This document shows, one piece after another, positions 12,204 through 25,519 of a stretch of 64,000 bases of DNA. A program made the translations under genes and the position numbers. Below the pieces are notes generated by a model. That model was given only the letters and a program-made list of their open reading frames with translations. It was not told the origin of the DNA and made no database searches. The number at the start of each line of letters is the position of its first letter. The first letter of the stretch is position 1. Source of the stretch: Phoronis australis (taxonomy: Eukaryota > Animalia > Phoronida); NCBI GenBank assembly GCA_002633005.1, contig NMRA01000221.1, forward strand, positions 62,001-126,000, given 5' to 3'.

Positions 12204-13899
12204 TATTTCATAAGGGCAATACTTAGTATCCTTTATGCACGGGACCCTTTTGTTACATTAGGAGTGGGATTGGCTCATTATGTACCCTACAGGTGGCATA
12301 GGACTTTACAAAACGTACTGGTTGAAGAACTTTGTTTTCGTCATAAACGTTCGTTTGAATGGCTTAAGTTTGGAAATGTTAGGACTTAAGGCGGAAATTT
12401 GAAAACCATTTACAAAAATTTAACATTGAAGAATAAAAACAACCTTCATACCCCTCTGGTGTTCCTGTTCCATGTTTTCCAATAAGTTGATTGCATTTTC
12501 ATAGACTGCAGTTGAGAGATTTTGTGCGGCATATAGTGTGTAACCTGTTGTTGAATTGCGAGATAGAGTTTGACTGGTCCAACCCGCGATCAAGAACGAA
12601 ATTTGGCGTGAGAAGCGAAGCCAAGCAAGGTGAGTAAATTTAATGAATTTTCGTTGTTTTTGCTTCCAATGTGAAAACAGAGACATTAGTTCAAGGCCTA
12701 ACAAACACGTTGAGGAAAGGCAGGTAGAGATTTAGGCTAGTGTCTCCTCCAATTACAGGAGAAAAGTTACGTTGACCGAGGCATCGCTGAAGCCGAAGGT
12801 GATTTGTATGTCATTTAGGCAAATTGTCGTTATTTTTTGACACTAAATCAATAAATTGAGTTATGAAGAAATGACGTGTGAAAACATAACACAACGCTTG
12901 TTTTTGGTAGTTTTGTCAGGATCTCTGATTTTTCGACGCTTTTCTGCTGAAAGATGCGATCGAGAACGCATTGATAAGCGATCGGGAACGCAAATTTTGC
13001 TTTGTTTATGCGATCGGGAACGCATCGTGGTGTGTCGAACAGTAATGAACTTTTTACTTTTAAACGTGAAAATGGTTACAAAATAAGTGTGGTGCAATGA
13101 ATTAATCACATTTTGTGTCGTTACTGTGTTACTTTCGTATCAAAACTGAACAGCAACATAGCATATTTCCATTAAATTGCCTTGAGCACTACATGTACAT
13201 CAAGCATAATTTCACAGACGAAGTTATTTTCATTTCAGGAAACAAGTTCACTGGTATTGTGAGGCGAGCTTCATGTTATCCACGATGTGAAGGTACACCC
13301 TACAAGGGTTTTGAAAAGTACACACATCTATTTTTTGACGAAACCACTGAGAACAAGAGTTTCTAAACTGAAGACTCACCCAGGAGATGTTCCATGTGGC
13401 GTGTTATCCAGGGGTAAACAAATTGTTGCAGCACGGAGATGAACGGGAGTGTAGAATCTTATTGTAAAATTGTGACAGCAAAAGGAAAAAAACAAATAGC
13501 CAGTGAAGTCAAAGAACGATGTTGAGCTTGCACATGGGGAGAGAGGGGAGTGCGGCAACACTTCACGAGATAATTCAAAGACCACTCATAAACGTGTTGG
13601 ATCTAAAAATTGGCCAGAAGTTGTGTAAACTGGTGTGATTGGAAAAGATTGAGACAGTTATAATACATATACTGTATTGTGATTTTCTTAAAATGTAGCC
13701 AACATGTTGTCATTAACATCACTTCAACTACTCATTGTAGTGATTTACAGGAAATCAACAATATTATAGTATTTCTATTATAATATTAATCTTTTATCAC
13801 ACATACCTCAAAATTGGTCTTACAACTAAAATATATAAATTTATTGCTTCGGGGAAATCAACATAACAAATCCATTGAACATTTCAACGAATTACTTTT

Positions 13900-14200
13900 G
13901 GAATGTATTAGACTCAGTCATCACTGAATCATAAACAATGTATTTAAGACTGATTGATAGTATTGTTTTCCAATGAGCGCACAAAAGAATGAGTTCCTCT
14001 GGCATTTGATGAGAGCACATTTGAAGAAAATATAAGTTTGATGGTCACTACATGTACAGTTTGGAGAGACATTATTAATGTTTTGCCTAAACTTGTCGGT
14101 GTTGAGGAAAAGACCGCTTCTCTTTCGGTACAAGGCTATTTCCTTTTCGCAGGGCAACGAGAATTGTGTCAGACCTACTGAGTAGTCAAAACTACGATAG
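13900..14200 (-). mobile_element. Degenerate 3' fragment of a non-LTR retrotransposon (CR1/L2-like)
   Basis: Translation LNTDKFRQNINNVSPNCTCSDHQTYIFFKC resembles the C-terminal Cys motif region of LINE ORF2. Confidence 0.45.
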
Positions 14201-17200
14201 CAAGTTTTAATTTTTTTCTTCTGGGAATGAGTTGCTTGCCACCACAGAGACTGGAAGTTGGTTCCAGTGATGCACGACATAACTGCAGATCTTTTGAATG
14301 CCTGACTGAACGACGGAGGAATTGCATTTGGGGCAGAAGATCTCAAACAATGACCTTGTCTAGTATATAAATCAAATAGTTTTTTAACAGTAGCATTGTT
14401 AGGTATTTTTGAATCAGTGTTACTTATTTATTTACTTCTTATGTCATACAATATATCAAAAAGAAAGCATACCCATCTTTCTGGTATATTCAACAACTTC
14501 AAAATCACTCACGTTAGAGTACTAATAGAGCATTTTTTAGAATTGCCACAAATCCCGCAGACGCATATCTATTCTTTTTTCTATGCAAATCGGCTCCGTT
14601 TTGATTGTCTGCTGATGACTACGCCAGTCATCATCTTGGTGTGACAAGCTATCACTACGCATCTGCAATGGGCATGCTGTTGCCATACCACGTCCAATGT
14701 TCTCTCAATTCTGCTCCTGGGCGCCGCAGATGTTTTCATCGCCATTGTCATGAAAAGCAGACGAAGAAAGAACACACACTTAAATCTAACTTTGCCGAAG
14801 TTCACGACATATAGAAAGTTGCTCGTTCGAGCCCCTGTGGATTAAGAAAGATCGACAGATAGCTACAAAAACTGACGGGCAGTGAGCGATTTTCGTGAGT
14901 TGATCTTTTGTTGCCGTTCTGTTGGTGAGTATTACACGTTTTGAAAGTGTGGAAACGTCGTAAGCTGAGGTCGCATTTGGCGAGTTGTACAAGGAAAAAA
15001 ATTAAATTCGCTCCTGGCGAGTAAGCCTCGAGCTCTGGTCGCCAAGGGCAATTTCAGCTCGCGAAATGCGAGCTGGTACTCCCCAAATCAGACCTTGAGT
15101 TGTGAAAATGATGGAGCCAGTTTGGAGGTTGATGCTTCGATAATTTGCATAACTAATGCAAATTAAGGCAGCCATTATTGAAAATTCTACATTTGCTTAC
15201 GGCTGTGTTATCATGGCACTATACCTAAATTATATTGACATTTGCACGCATGGTTATGTGGACAATGGATTTTACAGAAATACTTTAGTAGGGGATGCAG
15301 CAAAAATTTGCATAAATTATGTAAATTGAGGCAGCCATTGACAAGTAAATAATATTCGTATTTGCTCCCATATTTCTGTGACCAGTTAATTTAAATTTGT
15401 ATCCATGTTTCATGGAGCAATTAGTTTAACGAAATAAGGTTACAGGTTGCTGCTCTCCTCAATGTACTCACTAAGATCATACAGCGAGATATTCAAACAT
15501 ATCTTTACCTTCATACAATGTAACTACAGCATTGAGCAAGACATACTTAAAAGACTTGCTTGGAAAAATTTCAATGCCAACAACTGATACCCAACCTAGC
15601 ATATTTCTAAAAAACCTATCAAATACTTCAAGGCGACATATCAACATTTTCCCGTTCGACTAAAAATAGAAATGGGTACTTTTCATGGGTTTTGGAGGCC
15701 CCGCCAATACTCATTTGATTATAAATATGCCCATAGGGCGGTTTTGGGTGTAAAGTCTTCCGTTCGACAAAAAAAAACGCTATCGGGACGCTTTGTGTGT
15801 TACGACAAACATTTTGGCATAGACCCAGATGTCCCGCATTTTATTCGGAAGTCCTGCATTTCAATCCAGTTTTAAGGTTTTATATTCTCGATTGTTGACA
15901 ACAGTAGAACAGCTGTTCATTTGTCTCTTTCTTATGAATAATGCTATTTTTCACATTTCTATTTTCTGTTATAACATATCAAACGTAAAAATTTGTTTCA
16001 ATGTCTCGGTAATACACACCGCATTTATCAGGATAATTGATTTCTACTTCATGAAGAAGTGAGTTTATTTGCAAAGTACAAGGGAAAGTGCTACACTGCA
16101 ACCTAATTCATGATTTATCCGCAGCACATTTCATCCTAAACTATAGATGTTTGCTCATTTTTATTGATCGGAAAGTCTTTTTCTGCAAGTTTGGGATAGC
16201 TACTTGGTGTAATTAGTTTATCACAGTCGTTATATAAATGTCACTGCATCCTGAGTTGTTATTAAAAATTGTGTTTAAGGTCCATTTTAAATACATGAAA
16301 ATATTGGATGAATTCCCGTCACAAAATTCTTCACAACTACTGTATTCTGTTATCTTTGTCTTGAACCATTGAAATAATTTCTCTGTTGGTTTAATAAAAC
16401 ATTAACGCTATTAACATTTGTTGCTGCTTCCTTTATATGTTACTGGTACATCCTGTTATTTAACGCATTTTGGTGTAATACACTCTTTATTTTAAAAGCT
16501 ATGAACCAGTTTATAAACCTGGCAGCTTAGTGAAATCAATTGATTAATTTATCGTTTACTACCGTTATCTTTATACACATTTAAATACTGATAGAGAGCT
16601 TTCTAATGATCTGATTCTTTTGCAATACGGAGTTGAGACACGTTTTTGACAATAAATTCCACAGCAATTGGCAACACCAGAACAAACGAATGCAAACAAA
16701 TCCCACCAATGTGCGGTGCAACCGCACCAGCACGAAATCGAAGTTGGCGCTCCAGGGACTGGGTTCTATGCTGTGGGGCTCTTCGCTGGCAGCTGCACGC
16801 TGCTGCTGTGCTGTCCCTACTTTGAATTTGATTCGCTTAAAATTTGATGTTGCGCCAGTAAATTGCAACTATGCCGACCCCAAAAAGTTGAATAGCTGAG
16901 TCCAACAGTTCTTCACTGGAGAGATTCGGCTGACAAGAGTGCCATCGTTTTTCAGCATCGGAATATGTGTTCGTGTAAGCGAGAATACAACAATTTTGAT
17001 AGGCACTCATTGTTGCATGCAACACTAAAATTAAATCATATCCATCAAATCTGTGTTTTAAACAATACAAACACATTTATTGCATCACTGGCGCTTAGGA
17101 TTTTGAAATGTTACCATTCAGGTCCAGTTCTTTTAGTTCATCATCACTTAAGCCCAATGATCGTTTAGCCATCTTCTCATCAATCTGCAACAGCGAAATG

Positions 17201-17354
17201 ATATCCAGTAATTAGCTGTACTTTCTTATTTCCATAATATCGGCGAATAAAAGTCATCCATAATGCACACAAACATTTCCTGTTGAGTGACAATATCTGA
17301 CGAGTGCAGTTTTCAAATGCATATTCTATGCTACTGTTACTGAGTGCCGAAGCG

Positions 17355-17630
17355 TGTCAGTTTGCGTTCTTTCCAATAATCGTCATGAAAAATTGCTTGA
17401 AAACTGCCTCGGAGTTGTTGTTCTCAATGCAGGGTAAAGAATCGTCATCCGATAAATCCATATGTACACAGACGTTCTCTTGTGCTACAAAGGTTGATTG
17501 CATTCAATTCAACTGACATTACAATAGTCGCCTTTCAGTTTGCGTTCTTTCCAAGGAGCGTCATGAAAAAATGCTTGAAATGCTACTCCCAGATTTTGTT
17601 GTTCACAATGCTGGGTGAAGAATGGTCAGT
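17355..17630. repeat. Diverged tandem duplication, ~177-bp period
   Basis: tcagtttgcgttctttccaa...cgtcatgaaaaa.tgcttgaaa occurs at ~17357 and ~17535. Confidence 0.8.
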
Positions 17631-18403
17631 TTTCTGTGTTTTAGCTTCTTTGACCCCGTTATCCTTAGAAATTTCAGGCAATGTTTCCAATTTCTATTTA
17701 TTATCATTACTGACACCATGGGTGAGCTAATCCATTACACAAACTATTTCACTGTCTAGCAGCTTCTATAATTTTACAATACCACAAAAAAGGAGATTTC
17801 ATGTTCAAATTTGACACTAATTTTGAGCGAAAACTGATGTGCCCGACTTTTAAACTAATTATCAGAGTAGGACTTGTTTAAACTACATTTTAGTAATATA
17901 ACATAAGCAAGTAAACTGCAACGCATAGTACGATTCAAATCCGTGACATAGGGTTTATCACCCACTTTGACTTTTTGTCTGGTCTGAAGTGCACTGCGCT
18001 AATAAGATAGGAAACTGGTTAGTTTTCTCATCGGAACGTGTGATTGAATGAGTTTATGAAAAACACACTTTCATTACACTGTAGTCATGATATGAATAAA
18101 AGAAAGAGAAAACAAGAAATTGCGGTGTTAATATGAGTTTGCCGTCTATATTCGTTATTTTATCCGTTTTATTCATAAACATACTTAGTCGGCACGCATC
18201 TGTTTTCAGTTTTATAATGAACACGCGGTTTACTCCGTGGATGGGTGGCCACAGGTTATCGCTGACCGGTGCGACGACAGACTGAAGACTGGTTCGAGTT
18301 GGTCACTTTATTAACTTCGGCCGCACGTACTCAAATCTACTCAAACAAAACGTACTACGTAATGTCTGTTCTATGCTACAGCTAGTGCAGCAAAACCTTG
18401 ACC

Positions 18404-18558
18404 AGGGGCGGATCCAGGATTTTGAGTTGGGGGCGGGGAAGAGTATTAGCCAGGAATTTGCCCGTCAGACACTTACACCCCGAATTACCAAATTTAAGCT
18501 GGGAGAATTTTAGGGGGGGGGGCATGGCCAGCTTGGCCTGCCTCTAAATCCGCCATTG
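18404..18558. mobile_element. hAT-like MITE family (caggggcggatccagg...atccgccattg), with further copies at 35942-36107 and 43628-43787
   Basis: Shared internal sequence (aggatttt, ccgtcagaca, gggagaattt, G-run) and short imperfect TIRs in three dispersed copies. Confidence 0.65.
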
Positions 18559-18693
18559 AATTTTACTAGCTCCTACAGATGTCTCACCTGTACTGTACAT
18601 AGCTTCCTTCACCAGATATTATACGCGCTGCAAAATGGCCGTTCAACGGATATATTCCAGAGAGCAGCGCGTTTTCTAATTTCCAAAGGCGCA

Positions 18694-21600
18694 TCAAGTT
18701 GTGGTTGGATGCTTATTGGAGGACTTTATTAGATTAAATTCAAGGGCTTCGGAAAAGCCGCGGGAGCCTTGCTGAAAACTTTAGTAATGAAAAACGTTCA
18801 ACATCCACATGATTGAGCTCACTACGTAAAATTGACAGTGGGCAAAATTTAAAGTTCCTTAGTGCCTGTAACAGAAAAGCCTCAGGACAAGTCCCTTTCT
18901 TCCTAAAATTTGTAGATTGTTATGTAATCCTGATACCTTAGCTGTGAAATGTGTATATCACGCATCAAAAAAAACAAAAAAAAAACGGAACGGCTTGTGT
19001 ATTGGTGACTAGTGTGCATAGCACCACGATGATCTTGTTTGTTTGTTGTACGGAAGAAAATACATGTATAAGCTGAAGTTTGGGGCCTCTTTCCTTTGAA
19101 TCACCTTGTACGCCAGAAAATTCCTTTCGAACTGATTCCAATGATATTCTACTGAAACTGGAGTTGCACAAACAAAAAGGGCCCTTGCGAAAATTTGATT
19201 GTTATACGATTTTATCGATAAACTTGCGACAAGCTTGCGACCTAGTTTCCCAAGGGTTGTGTTAGTTTTTAATGTTTTAAGGAAGTTTAGTTACCCAGGA
19301 TAAAGTGTCGCTTAGTGCATGTGTCTTCCTCTTTTGAATATTTGAAAAATATGTTCTCTCTGCTAAGGCTTCTTTTGTTGCTGGATTTGTTAGAAAAGCT
19401 AGAGTAACCGAGTGAGTCCTGTGCTAAATCATTACAACTTTTGGTAAGAGTTCATAAGAGCTATAAGAAGAAAGTTTTGACTAGAACTATCCAAAGCAAA
19501 CACAAATAACTGGGTGCTTATGAATGAAACACAAAGCTTTTCGGTCCATTTTTGTCAAGATCGATTTTGGTGTAAGACAAAATGACATCCAGGAATTTTA
19601 ATACCCGGGATATTTGTTTTTGCCGTGAAAAGAACATAATGATATCACCCCGGTGGTAGCATTGCCTCCTGGTGGCCACCTATGTCCTGCACCCGCACCT
19701 CACTTCTGGTAATTTCACCTCTGGCGACTCACACGTTCGCAATTGCGTTTAACGTGTTGCCGAAGCTCACTAGTGAGCTTACCAGATGCTCTTAGGTGCC
19801 AAAAGCAACTTTACTTGTTCAATCTCCCCAAATCGCTGATCCACATGTACACATGTCTCAAACTCACTCATCAAATGTTTGTGAGCACAGATGGAGAACG
19901 ATCATAATATTCCCATTTTTGCACTGCCTTACTTGCTTGTCAGCATGTCAAAACTATCAACTAAAATGCTTAACGACGTCACTAGCTCTGTAAGAACTGG
20001 TTCCCTGCCTCAATCTGAGTGATGTTGGCACTGCCGTGATCACTCCACAGAGAACATCAAACCAACGTGGATGTTTGTTGCTAAGTGGACTTAAGGCACA
20101 CCTCTAACTGTTTTGACGACAATCTACCTTATCGTATCGGTTTTCAACTATCACGCTTCTTCTTCTCCTCTTGAATGCACCAAAAGAACAGACACCGTCC
20201 ATGACAACGAAAAGCACCACCAAAAGGGTAAGGGTCTTCAGAGGTCCCCTGGAAATTAAGTATATTTAAGTGAAACTGTTGAATTTCTCATTTATATCGA
20301 ACACTAGCCAAGATCGACTCATTGCCCAGCGTGTTCAGACAGATCATTTCCATATCCTTTGTATTACTTACACCATTACACACATCCGTTCAGGTGAAGA
20401 TCATTTAGCGTGGCCTGTTTCTTATTACTCAAGTGGATAAGTAAATTTAGTTTTGAGGTGCGATGATGAACTGATTTCTATGATGCGAACATTGATTTTG
20501 GTTACATATTATGTTCTACATATTTGTGTAATCATTTAGAATGTGTAGTTTTTCAAAAACATTATACTTCAATAGGTAATGTTATGATATTCGAAGACCC
20601 TGCTTGCAACGCTCCATTAACTCCGCCTAAACGTTGCACACAACGGTAGTTATGACACTGGACTTAAACAGTACGGTAGCAGGTGTAACTGACAAATCCT
20701 TGTTATTGCCCATGAGGTAGCTTCAGACTGAAAAATGGAAAAGTTCATGTAGACGTTGCCAGACAAAAAATCAGTGGTGAATCTAGGACATCATAAGGCG
20801 GGGCCAACATTTTGTCCCGGCCAATAGGCCAAGGTACAATTGCATGAGCGCTCCCAGCCTAAAATGAAGGGGTTCAAATTCCCGGGGATGCGGTCCTTTT
20901 ACCAAATAAAAAAAAAACAAAAAACCGAAAAAGATGCAGCAAGGACTGTTAAATCTTGTTTCAGGCGCATGTTACTTGCTGCGGTTCATTAAACTCCCTT
21001 GTTGTTCTATTTTTTCCGCCCCCTCTAAATCCGCCTTTGAGAACAACTTTTTGTGTTTTGACTAAGGAGGCATAGCCATATTGTTAAGCCCCTTCATCTT
21101 TCTGGGAAGCATGCAAACTGCAAGTTCTTGTCTGTTCCTTTTCTATCAGTGATATATTTCATGCGCCCAAGATTGCTGGTATCTGAAACAGTCTTGATCA
21201 CACTTCACGGACCTGGTTTCATTTGGGATTGATAATCTCTAATCCCGTGATTGAATCGTACCCACGACGTGATCTGAGAGCCTGTTGGATCAAGGATGAG
21301 CTGTAGATAGTCGGCACTAGCTGTTTTTGACAAGGTCCTCGAAAGGAGCGTGGTGGTGAATGCTCGACGCGGATGCAGAACCCGGCGCTACATGCGAGCA
21401 TGAGATGAAGCGAGATTGTCCCATAGCGGGGGGGGGGGTGGTTGTGAGACCTTCCTCAGGCAAAATTTGAAAAACTAAATGTAATTTGATTTGGGTGCAG
21501 TTTGGTGCATTATACAATTTTATTCGTGATAGACAAGACCTTAACCCGAGCATCATGTAGTGGAAGTATATGGGCACAGGATACTTCGCAAGACAAATTG

Positions 21601-22969
21601 CCAGTGAAGTGTCCGGCATGCATGTATACAGTGTGCTCTCTGTAGTGACACAGTTGTAGAGGCACTTGAGTAAAAATTAATCAGCCACGTAGAGCAAAAA
21701 TTTTTGAACTTTTTAAACGTAATAAACTAATTGGTATAACGAAACTTCCTTTGATATCGTCCTGCTAAACATACATGTAAATCAGTTCTAGTGGATTGGT
21801 GTTGGCCGGCGTAGCAGACGATGAATAATCCAGTCCATGCAGACAAATCTGATACTGGTTTCCATTCGATATTGTCATTTTGGAGCAGGGCTATGGTTGA
21901 TTAAACAGTTGGAGGTCATGCCCTGCAGTATAATTCACAATATCTTTTGTAAACTCGGACACGATAAAATGCATGAAGCAGAAAGCTTACTGTTTCTTAC
22001 TTCATTAGCGAGCCCTGGCGCTTCACCATTTTAGAAAATTCGGATCGAAGTCGTTGTCTGGTCCCTGGCTGTATGAAATTTATGTGCATTGTCGGATAAA
22101 CAGGGGCCATAATCTGATATAACGTGCCCGCAATTTGAGAACCAGTTTGATGTTATTTAGTGGGGAAAACTGGTTCTCAAAATTGGGGCACGTTATATAA
22201 GACCATTGCCGATATGAGGTACGAATGGGGATTGAATGACCCGTGTTTAACGGGAGCACAATTCGAGAGCCCATTTTACAATTATTATTTTTCCCGTTCG
22301 ATCCACAAACGGCGAAAAGGTGCCGTGTGACTTGTGCTTATTCATTATTACTTGCAATCATTTTACTAGAGATCATTTTACTAGCGATCAGTTTTACTAG
22401 CGATTTTTTGCGTGGCGGTAAAGTTTCTCCATCACGATTATTTGTGTGGCGGTCAATTTGAATATGACTTACGAGTGACGGGGCCAAAAAGGAGCGTGGC
22501 GGATCTCCCAGAAGTTTACACGCAGGGGAAACCCTTGAAGGGTGCACAGTTGGAAAATAAATGTATATGTACATGTATAACCCTTTTGCAATTAGCTCTC
22601 AGTTTTTTTCTAATGACCTAAACGTGAATGTTTTTTGCGTGCCAGAACCGTTTGTTTACAAATCCATGGCGCTACAACGCAAATTCGAGTTTACATCAGA
22701 TTAGCTGTAAAATGAAATTTCGATTTTTAGAAAATCGAATCATTGTCGTTTGAGAATTCTGGTTGGGCTCATATCATAATTTTAGTTTCATTTTAGATTT
22801 CATTGCGGCCAGCAGATCGTTAAACGGTTTTTTCTTACATATACACCGACCTGTCTGACATCTGCCCACAATAACACATTGGGCGGATATAATTGAAAGA
22901 TTTTTGCTTATTGTATATAAACGTGTTATATCACAGGCCAAAACTTATCTGACGCTAACCTACTTACAT
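18694..22969 (-). CDS. Putative secreted prepro-peptide gene B (paralog of A). Well-supported exons: 22969-22968 (AT) and 20248-20128. Tentative exons: 19835-19783, 19380-19295, 19151-19105, 18771-18694
   Basis: GGCAT|gtaagtag plus ttccag|GGGACCTCTG gives MGPLKTLTLLVVLFVVMDGVCSFGAFKRRRRSVIVENRYDK|gtagat. Tentative phase-compatible continuation RFGEIEQVKLLLAPKSICNKRSLSRENIFFKYSKEEDTCTKRHFILVEYHWNQFERNFLAYKQGSRGFSEALEFNLIKSSNKHPTTT* (128 aa). Confidence 0.6.
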
Positions 22970-24335
22970 GCCAGTATCTGTCAAAATTTCACACTGTCAA
23001 GTTCAAGAATCAGTCTTCTCTCCACTCCTGTAGCGAATGCACTGTAATAATACTCTAGGCATTAAAATGTTTTTAACCTGAACAAACTATACCAGCGATA
23101 CAGTCCACTGAAATTCAATAAAAGGATGATGAATCTGGCAACTGACGGTGAATTCTGATTGGTTGAAAGATAAGAAAAATAAACTTAGTCCTTGGCTTGC
23201 AGATACTACAACAACATGCTATTTTTACTGATAATTTGACTGTGGAATCCATGAAATTTTCTGTCTTCGGCTCTGTTAACTTTTACAACTTTTTATAGCA
23301 AATGAATTTTCCAGACCTTTATTAGGGTGTTGGGAAGAATAATCAGAGTACATTTTTTTCGAATACTCTAATGGGATGGTTGCAGTATATAATCATACAC
23401 AGACGCTTAGAAATGAACTTTTTAGAAAGAAATTGGCGTAACCGAGTTAATTCTTTGTCAAGTTATTTTTGTTATTGTTCTGACGAAAATATTACTAATT
23501 TGTTTTGAAATTGCAACAGTGTTAAAAGTTATCTGGCTTTAGCTTTCTCGTGTTGTGAGTCATATTTCCAATGTTGATGTTACCATATCAGCTAGAGAAT
23601 AAGCTTTATTTGACTTTATGACGTAATTTTATGTTTGGTACTTGAAAATGTGTATTTTTAAGAATCACCAGAATGTGTTGAGTCTGTATGTATTTGCCTG
23701 TTTCAAAACCACGGATTTGGAGTTGTGAGAATTAAGCAGTCGTACTCTTCCTCCGCCAGTTTAATTTGTCACTCAGTACCAGCGTTAGAGGATTTGAGTT
23801 GACCCAGCTACACAGGTCAATGTTGCGCCTCGATACACAAATTGTTCACACAAATATGTCTAATGTCTCACGAAAAAAGAAGCTCTACTTTGTCCCTGTT
23901 TACTGTGCCCGTTTAACACAACTTAATTTGAATAGGAGTGGATTCACCAACGATCGTGAAAAAACAACTAATAATTATGTTTGTACATGTATGTATAGTT
24001 AAGTGATGGCTACTTTAACTTCTTGTTGAACGTTTGGAACTGGCCAGTATATAAATTTCCATTAAGGTGTGTCTTAAGTTCTTGAGAACAAGTACTGTAG
24101 GTGTTAAGGTTTGCACGCTATGGAAGAAGTGTGCTTCACCAAAATGCGGCTGGCAGATCACTGTCGTTGTAACGGGGACTAACCACAGTTTCAAAAGAAA
24201 CAAGAAACACTCGTAGGCCCTGAAATCTATAACCCCGTTTTTTGTTGTCCGTGGCAATGATACGTTCAGAGGTGACTGTGTCCTCCTCAGTCCTCCTAAA
24301 TCCACCCATGCTTGCGATAGGTCACTGGTTGTTCA
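20105..24335 (+). repeat. Segmental duplication copy 2 (paralogous to 2840-6785)
   Basis: Same collinear blocks as copy 1. It has its own insertions (~20770-21090, ~21320-22615) and lacks the Kolobok-like element. Confidence 0.92.
22103..22210. repeat. Small fold-back MITE
   Basis: tataacgtgcccgcaatttgagaaccagttt is inverted by aaactggttctcaaaattggggcacgttata. Confidence 0.7.
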
Positions 24336-25519
24336 TACGCAAGCGCGCTGTGGAATGAGTATCCCAACTCCCTGCTCGGACAGTCTCAGTGGATACAGCT
24401 TTTGATCAATGAGATGATTATAAGGGAGTTGAAGTCACGTGGTTTACGATGAGGGGAATCGTCCGCCATTTTGATGATGAACCAAATAAGCTGGCCGCTT
24501 GTGTACTGTGTAGCATTGAAGTGCAAAAATAGGTGAACAAAAATTCAAAGCGACAAAACATTACGTTTTAGAGGTAACAATAAACGGGGCTTTTCATTAT
24601 TGGTGTTTTTGATGTGTGTCACTCTGATTGAATATTGACAAAATTGATTATTTATCAAACGGATGAATTGTGCACTGTCTGTGGCCTGGCATACAAACAA
24701 ACATATCGGTATAGAGTATCTTTGATAGAAATGATGCATCATCCCTAGTCGAGTTACCAGTTGTGTCAACAAACTGCAGGCTCTACAAGGGCAGGCTACC
24801 AGTGCGAAGTCTCATAACCTCCACCGGGGAGCTCCAGCATACATGTATGTGTGACGTCAGGTGGATAAGAGTATTGGCTAACGTTCACCATTCTGCCCTC
24901 GGACCACTCAGCAGTTTGTTAGTTCGAGGCCTATCGGATTTCCTGATTGAAACACTGAATGAATGAACAAACATGGCCCTTTCTTCCACTGCTAGCACTC
25001 TATTACATACATGTACATGTAGGATTGAAGAAACAAGACAAACACAGAACTAATAAAAATTAAGAGCCAAAGCTACAGCAAAGTACCATTTACTTTTTAT
25101 GAAAATTATCCCACCAGAATCAGTCGTATTGCTTTTTCGTAGGGTCTTTGTTCCCAGGTCCATCAAGATTATGAGCTCCCAACACCATTCAACATAAGTG
25201 GCAGTGAGCACGATTATTTCCAAAATCTGTCCCCTGAGCACCTAAGCGTCGAGGATATCAGTGTGCTTTATTGTTCTTTAAGTTATTACAATAGTGCTAT
25301 GAATTGATTGCCGGGAAACCTCAAGTCAAGTGAAGAGTTTTGTCACTTGCTAAAGCTGAAGAAAAACAGCAGCCCCATGGTGCCAGCACCTGAAGTTATA
25401 TATATGCATATTGATTTTTTAGGTATTTATTATCATTTAGAAACAATTACAAAAAACAAAGAAATAAGTACACCATTCATTCACGCTTGCACACCTCAGG
25501 AAGACCATTCTCGTATCTC

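Noticed and set aside
9058-14555. Shared 15-mer aattgccacaaatcc at ~9058 and 14541
   Set aside because: Flanks do not align, and a few exact 15-mer matches are expected by chance in 64 kb of AT-rich DNA.
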